Virus record (IMG/VR): IMGVR_UViG_3300028920_000055
Coordinates: 1-64,000 of that record
DNA from: a virus
Length of the DNA stretch: 64,000 nucleotides
Direction: 5' to 3' (one strand)
The number at the start of each line of letters is the position of its first letter. Within the stretch, counting starts at the first letter, position 1. Shown here piece by piece: positions 26,125 to 36,412 of the stretch. The notes under the pieces are model-generated. The model worked only from the letters and a program-made list of their open reading frames with translations, searched no databases and had not been told where the DNA came from. The position numbers and the translations under genes are program-made.

Positions 26125-26529
26125 ATGCCACACAAAACAGTTGACCAGATGGACAGCAGACTCAGAGAAAGTCGAGTTTGTTTCGGATGCGGGCATCACT
26201 TTAAGGAAGGTGAGCAGGAATGGGCAGCGGAGGATGTAGGAAAGTTGTGTACAGATTGTATCATTGCTCTACTTGTAGAGGTTAATTGCGCTACAAGTAA
26301 AATACTTTCCCACTTAAATGTTCGCATGCACAATGATTCTTTCATCAAGGATTCCATAGCGGATAAGAACAAAGGCTCCGCTATGGATCTGAAAGACATC
26401 ATCAATGTTCTTGTAAGCGCAAGAAACAGCTCAATGACGTTGATCCAGAACGTTTCGTTTCAAGCGGGACTAAAAAGATCCAACATCAAAGGGCCGGAAA
26501 TCCCCGAAGTATCAGAAGAAGATGAATGA
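26125..26529 (+). CDS. hypothetical protein with CxxC pairs
   Basis: AGGAGG RBS; CFGC...CTDC. Confidence 0.55.
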   Translation: MPHKTVDQMDSRLRESRVCFGCGHHFKEGEQEWAAEDVGKLCTDCIIALLVEVNCATSKILSHLNVRMHNDSFIKDSIADKNKGSAMDLKDIINVLVSARNSSMTLIQNVSFQAGLKRSNIKGPEIPEVSEEDE

Positions 26530-26539
26530 GAGGTGAGAA

Positions 26540-27292
26540 ATGGGATGGCCAAGTGCTCCAGTTATAGACAAGAAAGATGTTGTAAAGAAGATGAAACTGC
26601 AGTTTGGACAAAGTAGTATCGATGTGTGTATTAACACTTACAATCGGTTTCCTTATCTTCAAAAATGCATCTGGTCTATTCTGGCGTCAACGACCATCCC
26701 ATTTCGTATCTTTGTGTATGATGATCAATCTACTGATGGTACAGTTGATTGGATTAAAGAAATGATAGGAAGGGGATTAATACACAAACTTATACAAAAA
26801 CCAATAAAGTTAGGTAGCGCCAACAGTCTTAATGAAGTTATTAATTCTTCAAATACACCGTGGTTCGCTTTTGCCAATGACGATATGTGGTTTCATCGTT
26901 GGTGGGATTTACTTTCTATTCAACTTGCTATGAAACATTCCGATTGCGGAATGATTAGTTTATACAATTATACAGCTTTAAAAATTGGAAAAAATTCTAA
27001 ACAGGTAAATGGTCATTTGAAAGTGGGATCAACTGGACTCGGTGCAGCCTTATGTTACCGACCGTCTTTTAAAAAAGCGGGCGGATTCAAATTGAGAACC
27101 AATAAAAAGATGGGATTTTTTGCCAATAAATTTTGTAATACTTTTTCAAGAATAAATGGAAAGCGTAACGGTATATATCATCATATTCCTTATCTTGTTA
27201 CAAATATGGATTTACCAAAATGTAATCTTAATGAAAGAGATTATTGTACGAAAACGGGTTATATCGAATATAGAAAAAGGGAGAAGTTATGA
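26540..27292 (+). CDS. glycosyltransferase family 2
   Basis: INTYNR...YDDQSTDGT...NDD. Confidence 0.85.
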   Translation: MGWPSAPVIDKKDVVKKMKLQFGQSSIDVCINTYNRFPYLQKCIWSILASTTIPFRIFVYDDQSTDGTVDWIKEMIGRGLIHKLIQKPIKLGSANSLNEVINSSNTPWFAFANDDMWFHRWWDLLSIQLAMKHSDCGMISLYNYTALKIGKNSKQVNGHLKVGSTGLGAALCYRPSFKKAGGFKLRTNKKMGFFANKFCNTFSRINGKRNGIYHHIPYLVTNMDLPKCNLNERDYCTKTGYIEYRKREKL

Positions 27293-27726
27293 AATGGTGG
27301 ATGAAGCCTCAAATAAGGATTTGGGGAAGGCATTTCAATGATCCTGATGAGTTAGTAAAAAAAGAAGTTGTAATATTTAAGAATGTAAGGGGATTTTATG
27401 TTCCATTCCAACCGTGGCCACAATCATTTTTTATTACAAGAGATTTAACAGAATATGACATGATGGAATTGAGACCGTTGACATTAACATCCTTTTTCAT
27501 ACACGTATTTAGAAATTTTGTAACAATGAATATAAATCGAATAAAATTGTTATTATATTATATGGGGTTTATGCATATTCAACACTTAGGGTGTAGAGAT
27601 TGGGAGTGGAGATGGAAATTTTGGATAGAATTGAAAGAGAGGAAAAGATCGAATAAAGTGTATGATGCTTATAATAATTTGATGAGAGTGTTTAAGGAAG
27701 AAAAACAAAAAAGGAGTAAACAGTAA
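27289..27726 (+). CDS. hypothetical protein
   Basis: ATGA coupling, GGGAG RBS. Confidence 0.55.
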   Translation: MKWWMKPQIRIWGRHFNDPDELVKKEVVIFKNVRGFYVPFQPWPQSFFITRDLTEYDMMELRPLTLTSFFIHVFRNFVTMNINRIKLLLYYMGFMHIQHLGCRDWEWRWKFWIELKERKRSNKVYDAYNNLMRVFKEEKQKRSKQ

Positions 27727-28076
27727 TGAAGAAATCAGAATCTCTTGAGTATTTGCTTGAGTGTAGCAACATCGAGCTAAATTATTTGCTCAAGAAAAAG
27801 GGCTTGTACGGAGATGGCTTTAATTATCTTACTAAGATTCAAAAAGTTGTTCTTTTGTACAAGAATGACATGGATGATCCTGAAGTAAGAATTATTGTGA
27901 AGAAGTTGAAGAGAAAGTTGAGTACTTTTCGTGAAACACAAGTAAATGCTTTGCGCAAAGCGGCGCACGATAAAAAAATGTTGGCTAAAAAAATGAGGGA
28001 GAAATACGGCAATGGGGAAAAGAAAAGTCAAAAGAGTTCCAAGAAAAGAGTCAGAAAGACTACAGGAGATGATTGA
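27726..28076 (+). CDS. hypothetical basic protein
   Basis: AAGGAG RBS. Confidence 0.55.
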   Translation: MKKSESLEYLLECSNIELNYLLKKKGLYGDGFNYLTKIQKVVLLYKNDMDDPEVRIIVKKLKRKLSTFRETQVNALRKAAHDKKMLAKKMREKYGNGEKKSQKSSKKRVRKTTGDD

Positions 28077-28221
28077 CACAATTGTGAAATATCATCAGTT
28101 GGTCTTGGAAGAGGATGAATTGGAATTCGTGGATCGAATGAATAACATCGATTGTATCGGTGTTACTAAAAAACAAGCTAAAAAGATTCAAACAATTTAT
28201 GACCATTGTGTTGTCTATTAA
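28012..28221 (+). CDS. hypothetical protein
   Basis: GGGAG RBS. Confidence 0.45.
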   Translation: MGKRKVKRVPRKESERLQEMIDTIVKYHQLVLEEDELEFVDRMNNIDCIGVTKKQAKKIQTIYDHCVVY

Positions 28222-28305
28222 ACACCTCTAAATAGGAACGCAGAATTGTTTTTTTATTTTAAAATTCCATAATTTTTAGTACTTTTACTTATAAAAGGTG
28301 GAGTT

Positions 28306-29256
28306 ATGAATCGAAATCCATTGGATTTACCCTTAAAAGCAGCGGATTCAAGATGCAACGCAAGAACACCAACCGGATATTGCAAGAACAAGGCCGGATT
28401 TAATACTACGCATCCAGGAGAAGGTCGCTGTTATTTGCACGGCGGGTTAAGTCCAACTACTGGACAAGACAATGACGCTCTTAAAGAGGCCATCTATAGT
28501 AAGTTTTTACCAACCACACTTGCTATAGAATTAACCGAAGTAAAGCAAGATCCAACTTTTACAACTCTTTTTGAAGAGTTGGCTTTGTTGAAGATAGTGT
28601 TACAAGGTTTCCTGTTTAAGTTACCTGCTGATATTGCTGCATCTTGGGGCAGAAGAGTCTGCCCAATATGTGGCGAAAAGATGAAGAAACAAAAAGGTTG
28701 GAAAGTTTTATTGCCCAGGAATTGGAGAGGTGAACAAGAAAGATTTAAACAACTTCTTAGCACTATTGAAGCGATTGGTAAAACTTTTGAAAGAATATCT
28801 AAACATGAAGAGAGGCAAAGAAGATTTGTAACAATATCCGAAATAGAATCGATTATGACTCGTTGGGGTCAGATTCTTATGGATGTTCTTGGAGACGATC
28901 CAAGAATCAGCATTATCCAACAAAAAATACTAAATGAGGGCTTTACAAGAAGGCCTGGTACACAGGATACAGAAAAATTAAAATTGATTAGAGAGTTCCA
29001 ACGAAGAGTGGAAAATCAAAGACACATTGTAAATAATAAAAGAAGTTTGGGTGATGCTATAAAACGAGTTATTCCAGAATATTTTGAAGATGTGGAGGAT
29101 GTTACAGAGGAAGAAGATGAGCCTGATAGAAAGACAACTCATACCCGTGTCAGTAAACAGAAAAGCCATTCCAGAGATGGTAAGGCAAGAAGGCGGGTCA
29201 AGAGCAAGCGAAAGAATGGAGCAAATAGCAATGATGACGCACTTTCAAGCTCTTGA
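28306..29256 (+). CDS. putative terminase small subunit (HGGxSTG-type N-terminal domain)
   Basis: RCNA...CKN.AG......GRCYLHGGLSP...NAL/DAL...YSK; first gene of the morphogenesis region. Confidence 0.6.
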   Translation: MNRNPLDLPLKAADSRCNARTPTGYCKNKAGFNTTHPGEGRCYLHGGLSPTTGQDNDALKEAIYSKFLPTTLAIELTEVKQDPTFTTLFEELALLKIVLQGFLFKLPADIAASWGRRVCPICGEKMKKQKGWKVLLPRNWRGEQERFKQLLSTIEAIGKTFERISKHEERQRRFVTISEIESIMTRWGQILMDVLGDDPRISIIQQKILNEGFTRRPGTQDTEKLKLIREFQRRVENQRHIVNNKRSLGDAIKRVIPEYFEDVEDVTEEEDEPDRKTTHTRVSKQKSHSRDGKARRRVKSKRKNGANSNDDALSSS

Positions 29257-29608
29257 GGATGAAAAGCGTAAAAAGGAATTGGAGGAGCAAGCGGTTGAAA
29301 TAATCAAAGCCGCCTCTATTAAATCCAAATCCAATTTTTGTCCCCTCTGTAAAGGTGAAAATGTCATAAATGAAGTAATCACTCCTGTAGGTGTGCTTGA
29401 TTATTACGAAGTCAAACATATTTGTCTTGATTGCAAAAAGGGTTGGAAGGCATTGGTTGCGATAAATCTTGTTTATGATGAATACATCGAGGTACAAAGA
29501 GCCAATGGTATTCCACAAAGAATGTTGATAGAGCGTTTACTTACGGCTTTATTAAGAGAAGCGCGGAAAAAAATTCTAAAAAATTTAAAGTCGGAATTCG
29601 ACATTTAA
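29177..29608 (+). CDS. zinc-ribbon hypothetical protein (start uncertain)
   Basis: CPLCK...ICLDC. Confidence 0.5.
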   Translation: MVRQEGGSRASERMEQIAMMTHFQALEDEKRKKELEEQAVEIIKAASIKSKSNFCPLCKGENVINEVITPVGVLDYYEVKHICLDCKKGWKALVAINLVYDEYIEVQRANGIPQRMLIERLLTALLREARKKILKNLKSEFDI

Positions 29609-29702
29609 CTATGGATAATAAAACATTGAATGATTTCGAAAGATCCAAGATACCAATATGTTTGTAAAATAAATTTTCACACTTTAACAGGAGGAAAGGA
29701 AA

Positions 29703-30101
29703 ATGGCTATGCCAAGATTTGATCCTAATGATTGGAAGGAGCGGCTTGAACAGAATCTCAGTCACATGGGAGTTTCTGTTAACGAGCTGTTTACTGGCCC
29801 TTTCAAGTGGACAGAGTTAACTACTTTCTTGCGCGCAGGCATCACTCTCGCAGAGGATGCTTTTCCAGAAGATGGAAATGGCCAGGCAAAGAGCTTGCTT
29901 GTAATGGCTCTTTGGGACTATTACGATAAAAAGTACAATTTGGTCCAACGGATTGATGATCTCGTTGATTTCAGGAAATTCTTGGGCACAATGATCGGCA
30001 CTGTGATTGAACAGTTCGATTCCGCCGCCATTCGTGGAATCATTGAAAGGATCATTATTCCGACAATGGTTGGATTGATCTTTCCAAATCCATCCAAATA
30101 G
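29703..30101 (+). CDS. hypothetical protein, possibly holin-associated
   Basis: AGGAGG RBS; AE..FP..GNG..K motif reminiscent of LL-H-type holins. Confidence 0.45.
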   Translation: MAMPRFDPNDWKERLEQNLSHMGVSVNELFTGPFKWTELTTFLRAGITLAEDAFPEDGNGQAKSLLVMALWDYYDKKYNLVQRIDDLVDFRKFLGTMIGTVIEQFDSAAIRGIIERIIIPTMVGLIFPNPSK

Positions 30102-30127
30102 AATCCCTGCGCTGCTGCGCGCCCTCA

Positions 30128-30172
30128 GAGAGGCGGTAATGTTGCCGGTCATTGCCGTCTCTCACTTTTTTT
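30128..30172 (+). terminator. intrinsic terminator
   Basis: GAGAGGCGGTAATG...CATTGCCGTCTCTC plus T run. Confidence 0.75.
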
Positions 30173-30203
30173 GTGTTAATTAACTGTTTGTTGGAGGTGT
30201 AAA

Positions 30204-30554
30204 ATGGCTCAGAAAGATACTTTCGTACCCAAGTCAACCGTGATAAACGATACCAATGTGGCTGCTGGAAATCATCAGTATGCTTTTCGCGGTACAGAAT
30301 TCTTACGTTGGCTTATGCAAGTCAACATCAAAAACATCACGGTGAAAATCTATGCTTCATTGTGGGACACACCTGGATCTTATGGATGGATTGATATGAC
30401 ATCCTATTTTACTGGGTCGGCAACTATTACATCCAATTCTATGATCATGAATACTACCTTAGTACACATGCCGTGGTGGAAGGTGGTATATACTCGATCT
30501 AAAGCCACTAATGTGGTAAGAATCGAATTGATGCAATATGATCGGGAGAAATGA
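30204..30554 (+). CDS. hypothetical beta-rich (virion?) protein
   Basis: GGAGGT RBS. Confidence 0.6.
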   Translation: MAQKDTFVPKSTVINDTNVAAGNHQYAFRGTEFLRWLMQVNIKNITVKIYASLWDTPGSYGWIDMTSYFTGSATITSNSMIMNTTLVHMPWWKVVYTRSKATNVVRIELMQYDREK

Positions 30555-30922
30555 TGGAAATCGAAATGAGCTTGTTAGCAGAAATTGAGCTGATTTTAGT
30601 TCTTGCTCTTTCATTCGTTACGGGCCAAATTTTTCATATCATCAAGAAAAACAATCTTGAAGATAAAAAAACATTTAAGTGCTGGTTTGCGGAGAATTGG
30701 ATTTCATTCGTTGTAAACACAGTAATTGGACTTGGAGCACTCGAAGTGCTTATGACTCAGTTAACTAATGCGCCAATCAATATCACCGGTTGGATCGTCA
30801 TTTTTTATACAGGATTAAATGCGGGAATTGCCTCAAATAGTATCGGTACGGATACTAAAGAGGGGCAAGTTCAGTTGAAAAATTATACCCAACAATTGCA
30901 GCAAAGGAGAAATGTAAAATGA
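30551..30922 (+). CDS. putative holin-like membrane protein (3 TM)
   Basis: Three hydrophobic helices, polar C-tail. Confidence 0.5.
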   Translation: MMEIEMSLLAEIELILVLALSFVTGQIFHIIKKNNLEDKKTFKCWFAENWISFVVNTVIGLGALEVLMTQLTNAPINITGWIVIFYTGLNAGIASNSIGTDTKEGQVQLKNYTQQLQQRRNVK

Positions 30923-33900
30923 GAGCAATGAAAGTTTTTGGCGCAACAATAATACTCGCAGTCATTATTGTTGGATTAGTTGGATTTATTACAGCCCAAA
31001 CCAATATCTTTGTTCCGCCTGATGAAAGAGCGCGGATACAGAGAGTCATTGAGGAAATGGATTTTGAACCCACCGGAGATTGGACTTTCACAGGTTCGGT
31101 CACAGGTGCTGGAGGTGGTGGAGGTGGATCTTATGATTTGCCATTGAAAGATACTGGAGGAACAGTATCTATTGGTGAAATAAGCGGTTACGGGACGAAG
31201 TACGAAGTTCCAAGGATGAATGTTGTAGCTAACGCTATGGAATGGGAACAAGCCGTTTTTACCAATCAATTTGATGCCCCTCTCCAATACATAGCTCTGG
31301 CAGATGTGGTTAATATTGGCGGGTTGGGATCTTTTGGAGCTGTTGGACAAGTAATGAAAGTAAAAGCTGGAGGTACAGAATTAGAATGGGCTAATGATGA
31401 CAACAGTACTTATACTTTTAGCGATGATTATCTTGATTTGACTGTAGCAGACGTAACTTTTGCCCAGCCAGCTAATATTGTAACTGTTGGGAAAAGTGGT
31501 GGTGTCGATTACAATACTATTCAAGGGGCAATTGATGCTATTACAGATAATGCTACAGATAAAAGATACACAGTTCTTGTTTATCCAGGCACTTATACTG
31601 AAAATATTGCCATGGAAGATTTTGTTTCTCTTCATGGTATAGGCAATAGAACCAATGCAATTATAGACGGAACTGTGACTTTTGCTTCTGACGCCGGAGA
31701 TGAATCTGGTTTATTTAATTTAGGAATTAAGGAGACAGTTTCAGCTGATCTTTCTGGTCTTATTGTCTCTCCAAGTCAAGATCATTACATTCATAACTGT
31801 GTGGTCGTTCTTAATTCCACCACTAATGGTGTTCAAGCTACTATGTTTGATATCGATGCGGGAACTTTTAAAATTATAAATTGTGATATTACTTATAATT
31901 TTACAGGATCAACTGATTCTAATCAAGAATGGCAAAGATTTGCTGATGTTGAAAATAGTACAATAATGGATATTTATAATAATTTAATTGACATCGATAT
32001 TGGAGATGAAGATGATTATGTAGTTGTATTTGACGAAGCTAATACAGCGGCATCAGAAATTCATTTCAGTGGTAATGAGATCCATCTTGATCTAAATCAT
32101 GCCGGTTACGATGGAACCGCTTCAGTCTGTTATCTTCACGGTACAGGTTCGGAACATTCTATTGGATTTAATCATTTTCACATGACTTCTAATGGTGGTG
32201 CTGGGGATACTGGTTATATTTATTATTCCAACGATTTAGCTAATGGTACAATTAACTCTACCAGCAATAGAGCGATTGTGTCAGGATTCGATACAGGTCG
32301 GTTTTATTCTATTGCAGTTGGGGATGTTATAAATAGCCATGGAGACGAGGTCCAAACTTCAGACGCTTCAATTTGTAATGGTAGTTGTAATTACGCATCT
32401 TCATTTTCGGACGGGAATTTCAATGTAAGCGGTATATTAACAGCTGCACAGTATTCTGGTATTATGGGTTCAGGTGGATTGCCTGCTTATGGTGCTGTTG
32501 GTCAAGTAATGAAAGTCAAAGCTGGTGGCTCGCAATTAGAATGGGCCAACGATGACAACGACAATACTGTTTATATGGCCACAAGTCCATTAAATTTAGT
32601 CGGAACATCTTTTAATGTTGGTGGCCTATCTTCATATGGTGCTGTTGGTCAAGTAATGAAAGTTGCTGCGGGCGGATCAAGTCTCGAATGGGGAGCGGTA
32701 AGTGGTGGCCATGTAGCTGTAACAGATAGTTTACGTGGAACCAGTCTTGCTGATAGTTGCACTATTTATGTCCAACCTGGTCAATCTATTGCCAACGCTA
32801 TTGCGGCAATTGATGATGAAGCTACTGATAAAAGATATACTGTAGTTTTAAGGAATGGCCGTCATACTATTTCCAGCGAATTGGTTATGGCTCAATATAT
32901 TTCATTGAGAGGTGAAGATCGTTCTTCCACTTGGATTTATACTTCATCTGCTTTGGATCCAATGATCCGGCTTGCCAACAACACTACAATTTCTAATATG
33001 ACAATTTACCACGATGGTGCAAATGGTGATGACCAAGCTATATTTGATACCAATGGGGCTGGAGTGACCAGTGCTTGGATTATTAATTGTGATTTGCGCC
33101 ATGATAATACCAGTTGGGATGGTCAAATAGTTTCTTGTCAAACTGGTTCCATGACTGATTTTCGAATATTGAATTGTGAATTAAGAGGGGATGATGAAGT
33201 TAATCCTGAAGGAGAGGCGGTTTATATTGGTGTAACAGGAGATCCACAGAATCCGTGGATTATCAAAGATTGCCACTTTCAAGGTTGGGAAATTGGTATA
33301 AGACGATACAATCCTACAATTCAATACGGCTCTATTGTAGATAATTGTACCTTTCATAGATGCGTTAATCAAGCCTATTACACTCGAACAAGTTATAGTA
33401 CCACCTTTTATGATTATATGAGTAATTGTGAATTTCAGGAAAATGGATCTGATATTCACATTTACAATGAATCGGGTGGAACATTCAATATGGAGTGTAA
33501 TGGACTTGGAAATTTTGTTTATACAGAATCTGCCAGTACTAATAATGTCGTATTTCGCAATTATTTCGATAAAAATAGCTGGACTGATGAAAATGGTGTT
33601 ATTAATACAACTGGGCCAGTAGTATACGTTCCTAATGCAGCTTCCAATGCTGGAACTTCTGTTTCCGATGATGGCGCTATTACAGTTACTGCTAAGTTAA
33701 TGAGAGTTGTTGGAGCCGACGCTGATGCATTACTTGATACAGCTCCGGCTATCAATGATGGAGCATATGATGGTCAAATGGTAATTATCCAAGGAACAGC
33801 AGATGGCAATACAGTTACAATAGCAGATAATTGTAATACTGCTCTCGCAGGGGATGCCAGTTGTATACTTGGAGATGGACATGTTATTTGTCTTATCTGG

Positions 33901-33951
33901 GATTCTAATGATAGTAATTGGATTGAACAATATAGAAATACTACAAATTAA
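30919..33951 (+). CDS. large beta-helix (pectin lyase-like) adhesin/tailspike-like protein with N-terminal signal/TM segment
   Basis: DYNTIQGAIDAI...YTVLVYPGTYTE and second SIANAIAAI...RYTVVL beta-helix caps; NC-rich repeats; GAVGQVMKV.AGG..LEW x3. Confidence 0.75.
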   Translation: MRAMKVFGATIILAVIIVGLVGFITAQTNIFVPPDERARIQRVIEEMDFEPTGDWTFTGSVTGAGGGGGGSYDLPLKDTGGTVSIGEISGYGTKYEVPRMNVVANAMEWEQAVFTNQFDAPLQYIALADVVNIGGLGSFGAVGQVMKVKAGGTELEWANDDNSTYTFSDDYLDLTVADVTFAQPANIVTVGKSGGVDYNTIQGAIDAITDNATDKRYTVLVYPGTYTENIAMEDFVSLHGIGNRTNAIIDGTVTFASDAGDESGLFNLGIKETVSADLSGLIVSPSQDHYIHNCVVVLNSTTNGVQATMFDIDAGTFKIINCDITYNFTGSTDSNQEWQRFADVENSTIMDIYNNLIDIDIGDEDDYVVVFDEANTAASEIHFSGNEIHLDLNHAGYDGTASVCYLHGTGSEHSIGFNHFHMTSNGGAGDTGYIYYSNDLANGTINSTSNRAIVSGFDTGRFYSIAVGDVINSHGDEVQTSDASICNGSCNYASSFSDGNFNVSGILTAAQYSGIMGSGGLPAYGAVGQVMKVKAGGSQLEWANDDNDNTVYMATSPLNLVGTSFNVGGLSSYGAVGQVMKVAAGGSSLEWGAVSGGHVAVTDSLRGTSLADSCTIYVQPGQSIANAIAAIDDEATDKRYTVVLRNGRHTISSELVMAQYISLRGEDRSSTWIYTSSALDPMIRLANNTTISNMTIYHDGANGDDQAIFDTNGAGVTSAWIINCDLRHDNTSWDGQIVSCQTGSMTDFRILNCELRGDDEVNPEGEAVYIGVTGDPQNPWIIKDCHFQGWEIGIRRYNPTIQYGSIVDNCTFHRCVNQAYYTRTSYSTTFYDYMSNCEFQENGSDIHIYNESGGTFNMECNGLGNFVYTESASTNNVVFRNYFDKNSWTDENGVINTTGPVVYVPNAASNAGTSVSDDGAITVTAKLMRVVGADADALLDTAPAINDGAYDGQMVIIQGTADGNTVTIADNCNTALAGDASCILGDGHVICLIWDSNDSNWIEQYRNTTN

Positions 33952-33963
33952 TGAGGTGATAAA

Positions 33964-35103
33964 ATGACTGTCGGGAATAAAGATCAAGCCTTTCGGCATG
34001 CTAAGACACCTGAACAGTTGCGTGCTGAGTTAGAGCCACCTGAAGAAATACTGGCACTTCGCAAGAATGTAAAAGATTTGCGCGGTAAAATGACGCAAAT
34101 GCGGAGCGAATATGGTAGGGTGAAAGAATTGATCCAAGAAGCCGCTTATGAAATGCCTGTACACAAAGCCGCCGATAGATATTATACACCACCCAAAGGT
34201 GGCCGAAAAGTTGAATCTCCGTGTATGGTTGTACAACATCGTACCGATGATCATTATGGAGCGGTACAATTGCCGGAAGAAATCGAGTTTTTTGGCAATT
34301 ACAGTCCTGACATTTTTAAAGAGCGGATTTTTGGCACTCTTGTACCGAAATTTGTGGATTGGATCGAAAACAAGAGAAAATCCTACATCATTGATGAATG
34401 TGTAATCATCGCAACAGGCGATATGATCTCTGGAGACATCCAGAGATTGTATGTAACCAATGCCTTCCCCTCTCCTGTGCAAGCTGTACAGGCTGGTCAT
34501 TATTTCGGTGAATATGTGGCCAATCTTTCTCCCCATTTCAAAAAAATAAGAGTGGAATGGATCTGTGCTGACAATCATGGTCGCTTGACCACTCTACCTC
34601 AATCTCGTGAGGAAGGCTATAACTCTTGGAATTATGTTGTAGGAGAATTTGCCAAATCTTCTTTGCGTGATCACGATAATGTAGAATTTAACATCTATCC
34701 AATGTATCAAAAAGTGATAGATGTTGTTGGCTGGAAATATCTGTCGATGCACGGCCATCAGATAAAAGGTTGGGCTGGATTTCCTTATTATGGATTGGAA
34801 CGAAAAGCCGCCCGTGAAGCCATTAAACGTATAAAATCAAGACATCAAATGTATAGATGGGAAGATTATCTGTTTGACAAAGTGTTGATAGGTCATTATC
34901 ATGCTCCCCTTAATCATCCTGTTTATATGGTTGGTGGAAGTGTAAGTGGTACAGACGCTTATGATCATAAAGATGGGCGTCATGCCGGAGCCTCTCAAAC
35001 TTCTTGGATGGTACACCCCAAGCACGGCGAGTTTGATTGGTTGGCATTTAATTTGATGGAGAGGGAGGCGCAGGATGTCACAATTCAGACTGAAGCTGCA
35101 TAA
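33964..35103 (+). CDS. calcineurin-like metallophosphoesterase
   Basis: DDHYG, GDMISG, DNHGR, HGH, GHYH motifs. Confidence 0.8.
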   Translation: MTVGNKDQAFRHAKTPEQLRAELEPPEEILALRKNVKDLRGKMTQMRSEYGRVKELIQEAAYEMPVHKAADRYYTPPKGGRKVESPCMVVQHRTDDHYGAVQLPEEIEFFGNYSPDIFKERIFGTLVPKFVDWIENKRKSYIIDECVIIATGDMISGDIQRLYVTNAFPSPVQAVQAGHYFGEYVANLSPHFKKIRVEWICADNHGRLTTLPQSREEGYNSWNYVVGEFAKSSLRDHDNVEFNIYPMYQKVIDVVGWKYLSMHGHQIKGWAGFPYYGLERKAAREAIKRIKSRHQMYRWEDYLFDKVLIGHYHAPLNHPVYMVGGSVSGTDAYDHKDGRHAGASQTSWMVHPKHGEFDWLAFNLMEREAQDVTIQTEAA

Positions 35104-35536
35104 TTACAATCCAGAGAAAGCAGAAAGATTGTTAAAGCTGATTGAGTATATTCAGCAGCATCCAACAATCGGAAGGGATAGACTTATGAATGAGACAGGC
35201 GCGAATCAATCGGAAGCCAAAGCGGCATTGCAGGAATTCAAAGCATCCGCCGAAAAAGAAGACAAGCAAGGCCGATTTCGAAGAGCCATTGATGTTAACA
35301 AATTTCTTGAAGACAATGATCCCAAGCGGATATTAAGAAGGGGATTGAAAGAGATCAATGGCAAAATCATTATCGACAATGATTTTCGAATCGCTCTTGG
35401 TATTTCTTCAGATAATTGGAGATCATTGAGAGAAGCAGAAGAATTTCTCGATTATCAAATTACAATCAAACAGAAGAGGTATTGGGGTTGGCCAGAGGAT
35501 TTGAAACGGCTCCAAGATTCTCTACAGATAATCTAA
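35075..35536 (+). CDS. hypothetical protein, possible N-terminal HTH
   Basis: GGAGG RBS; HPTIGRDRLMNETG. Confidence 0.55.
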   Translation: MSQFRLKLHNYNPEKAERLLKLIEYIQQHPTIGRDRLMNETGANQSEAKAALQEFKASAEKEDKQGRFRRAIDVNKFLEDNDPKRILRRGLKEINGKIIIDNDFRIALGISSDNWRSLREAEEFLDYQITIKQKRYWGWPEDLKRLQDSLQII

Positions 35537-35548
35537 GGGATTGCCAGA

Positions 35549-35941
35549 ATGGACACGGAAAAACGTAGACAAAGGGTCACTCTTTCCACCGAAATTCTCG
35601 ATGTGTTAAGAGAAAGTCGAGATACTTATGTGGAATTCGGTGAACTTCAAGCAAGCAATAATCAAGAGCTTAAAGCCATTAACAATAAGTTAGGAGATAT
35701 TAGAATTCAATTTGATAATGGTTTTAAGAAAGAGATTGTAAATGCTCTCAAAAAACATACACAAGAACATTGCGATATAATGTGTCAATTGATTGAGCAA
35801 AATAGCAAGTTGCTATTTTGGCGAATTATTGGTTCAATAACAGCAGTAGCAATAGTGTTAGCACTTGTCGTTCAACTTATACTTGCACTAAATGGCATAC
35901 CTATTCAAGACTCGCCTGTCAATGTAGGAGGATTACAATGA
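35549..35941 (+). CDS. coiled-coil protein with C-terminal TM (lysis-associated?)
   Basis: Single C-terminal hydrophobic helix. Confidence 0.55.
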   Translation: MDTEKRRQRVTLSTEILDVLRESRDTYVEFGELQASNNQELKAINNKLGDIRIQFDNGFKKEIVNALKKHTQEHCDIMCQLIEQNSKLLFWRIIGSITAVAIVLALVVQLILALNGIPIQDSPVNVGGLQ

Positions 35942-36411
35942 AATATGGGATTCTTATTCTTTTATTGCTAATCAGTAGCTGTTATTGTTACGGCTCTGAA
36001 TGGCAAGTTCCGGCTTTTAATGATTCGAGCCAATGGTTTTTCCCAGCAACCAAAGATACCATCAAGGTGCTTTGGTTGCAACCTATGGAGACTGATATAG
36101 GTAGTTACACCTTGTATTTTACGGAAATACCTGACACATTAGTTGCCGGAGATTCTCTTACATTTGCTCCAAAGTTTTCAGAATCTTGGTATGATTGGGA
36201 GACTGGTGTGTCTCACAATAGCCAATTGTATTGGGCCAAGATTATTGAAATCGAGCTGAATGTAAATAAGTTCATGGCCAATTTAACAGCAATTGATCAT
36301 GATGGTAATGAAAGTCCACCGAGTGATCCTGTGTGGATGAATGTAAAGGCTACACCAGAAGATTATACACCAAGATCACTCACAATCATCATTTACAAAT
36401 ATAAACCGTAA
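35938..36411 (+). CDS. secreted fibronectin type III-like protein
   Basis: AGGAGG RBS, signal-like MKYGILILLLLISSC, W......DI..Y.LY...LTAID..GNES..S. Confidence 0.65.
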   Translation: MKYGILILLLLISSCYCYGSEWQVPAFNDSSQWFFPATKDTIKVLWLQPMETDIGSYTLYFTEIPDTLVAGDSLTFAPKFSESWYDWETGVSHNSQLYWAKIIEIELNVNKFMANLTAIDHDGNESPPSDPVWMNVKATPEDYTPRSLTIIIYKYKP

Positions 36412-36412
36412 A

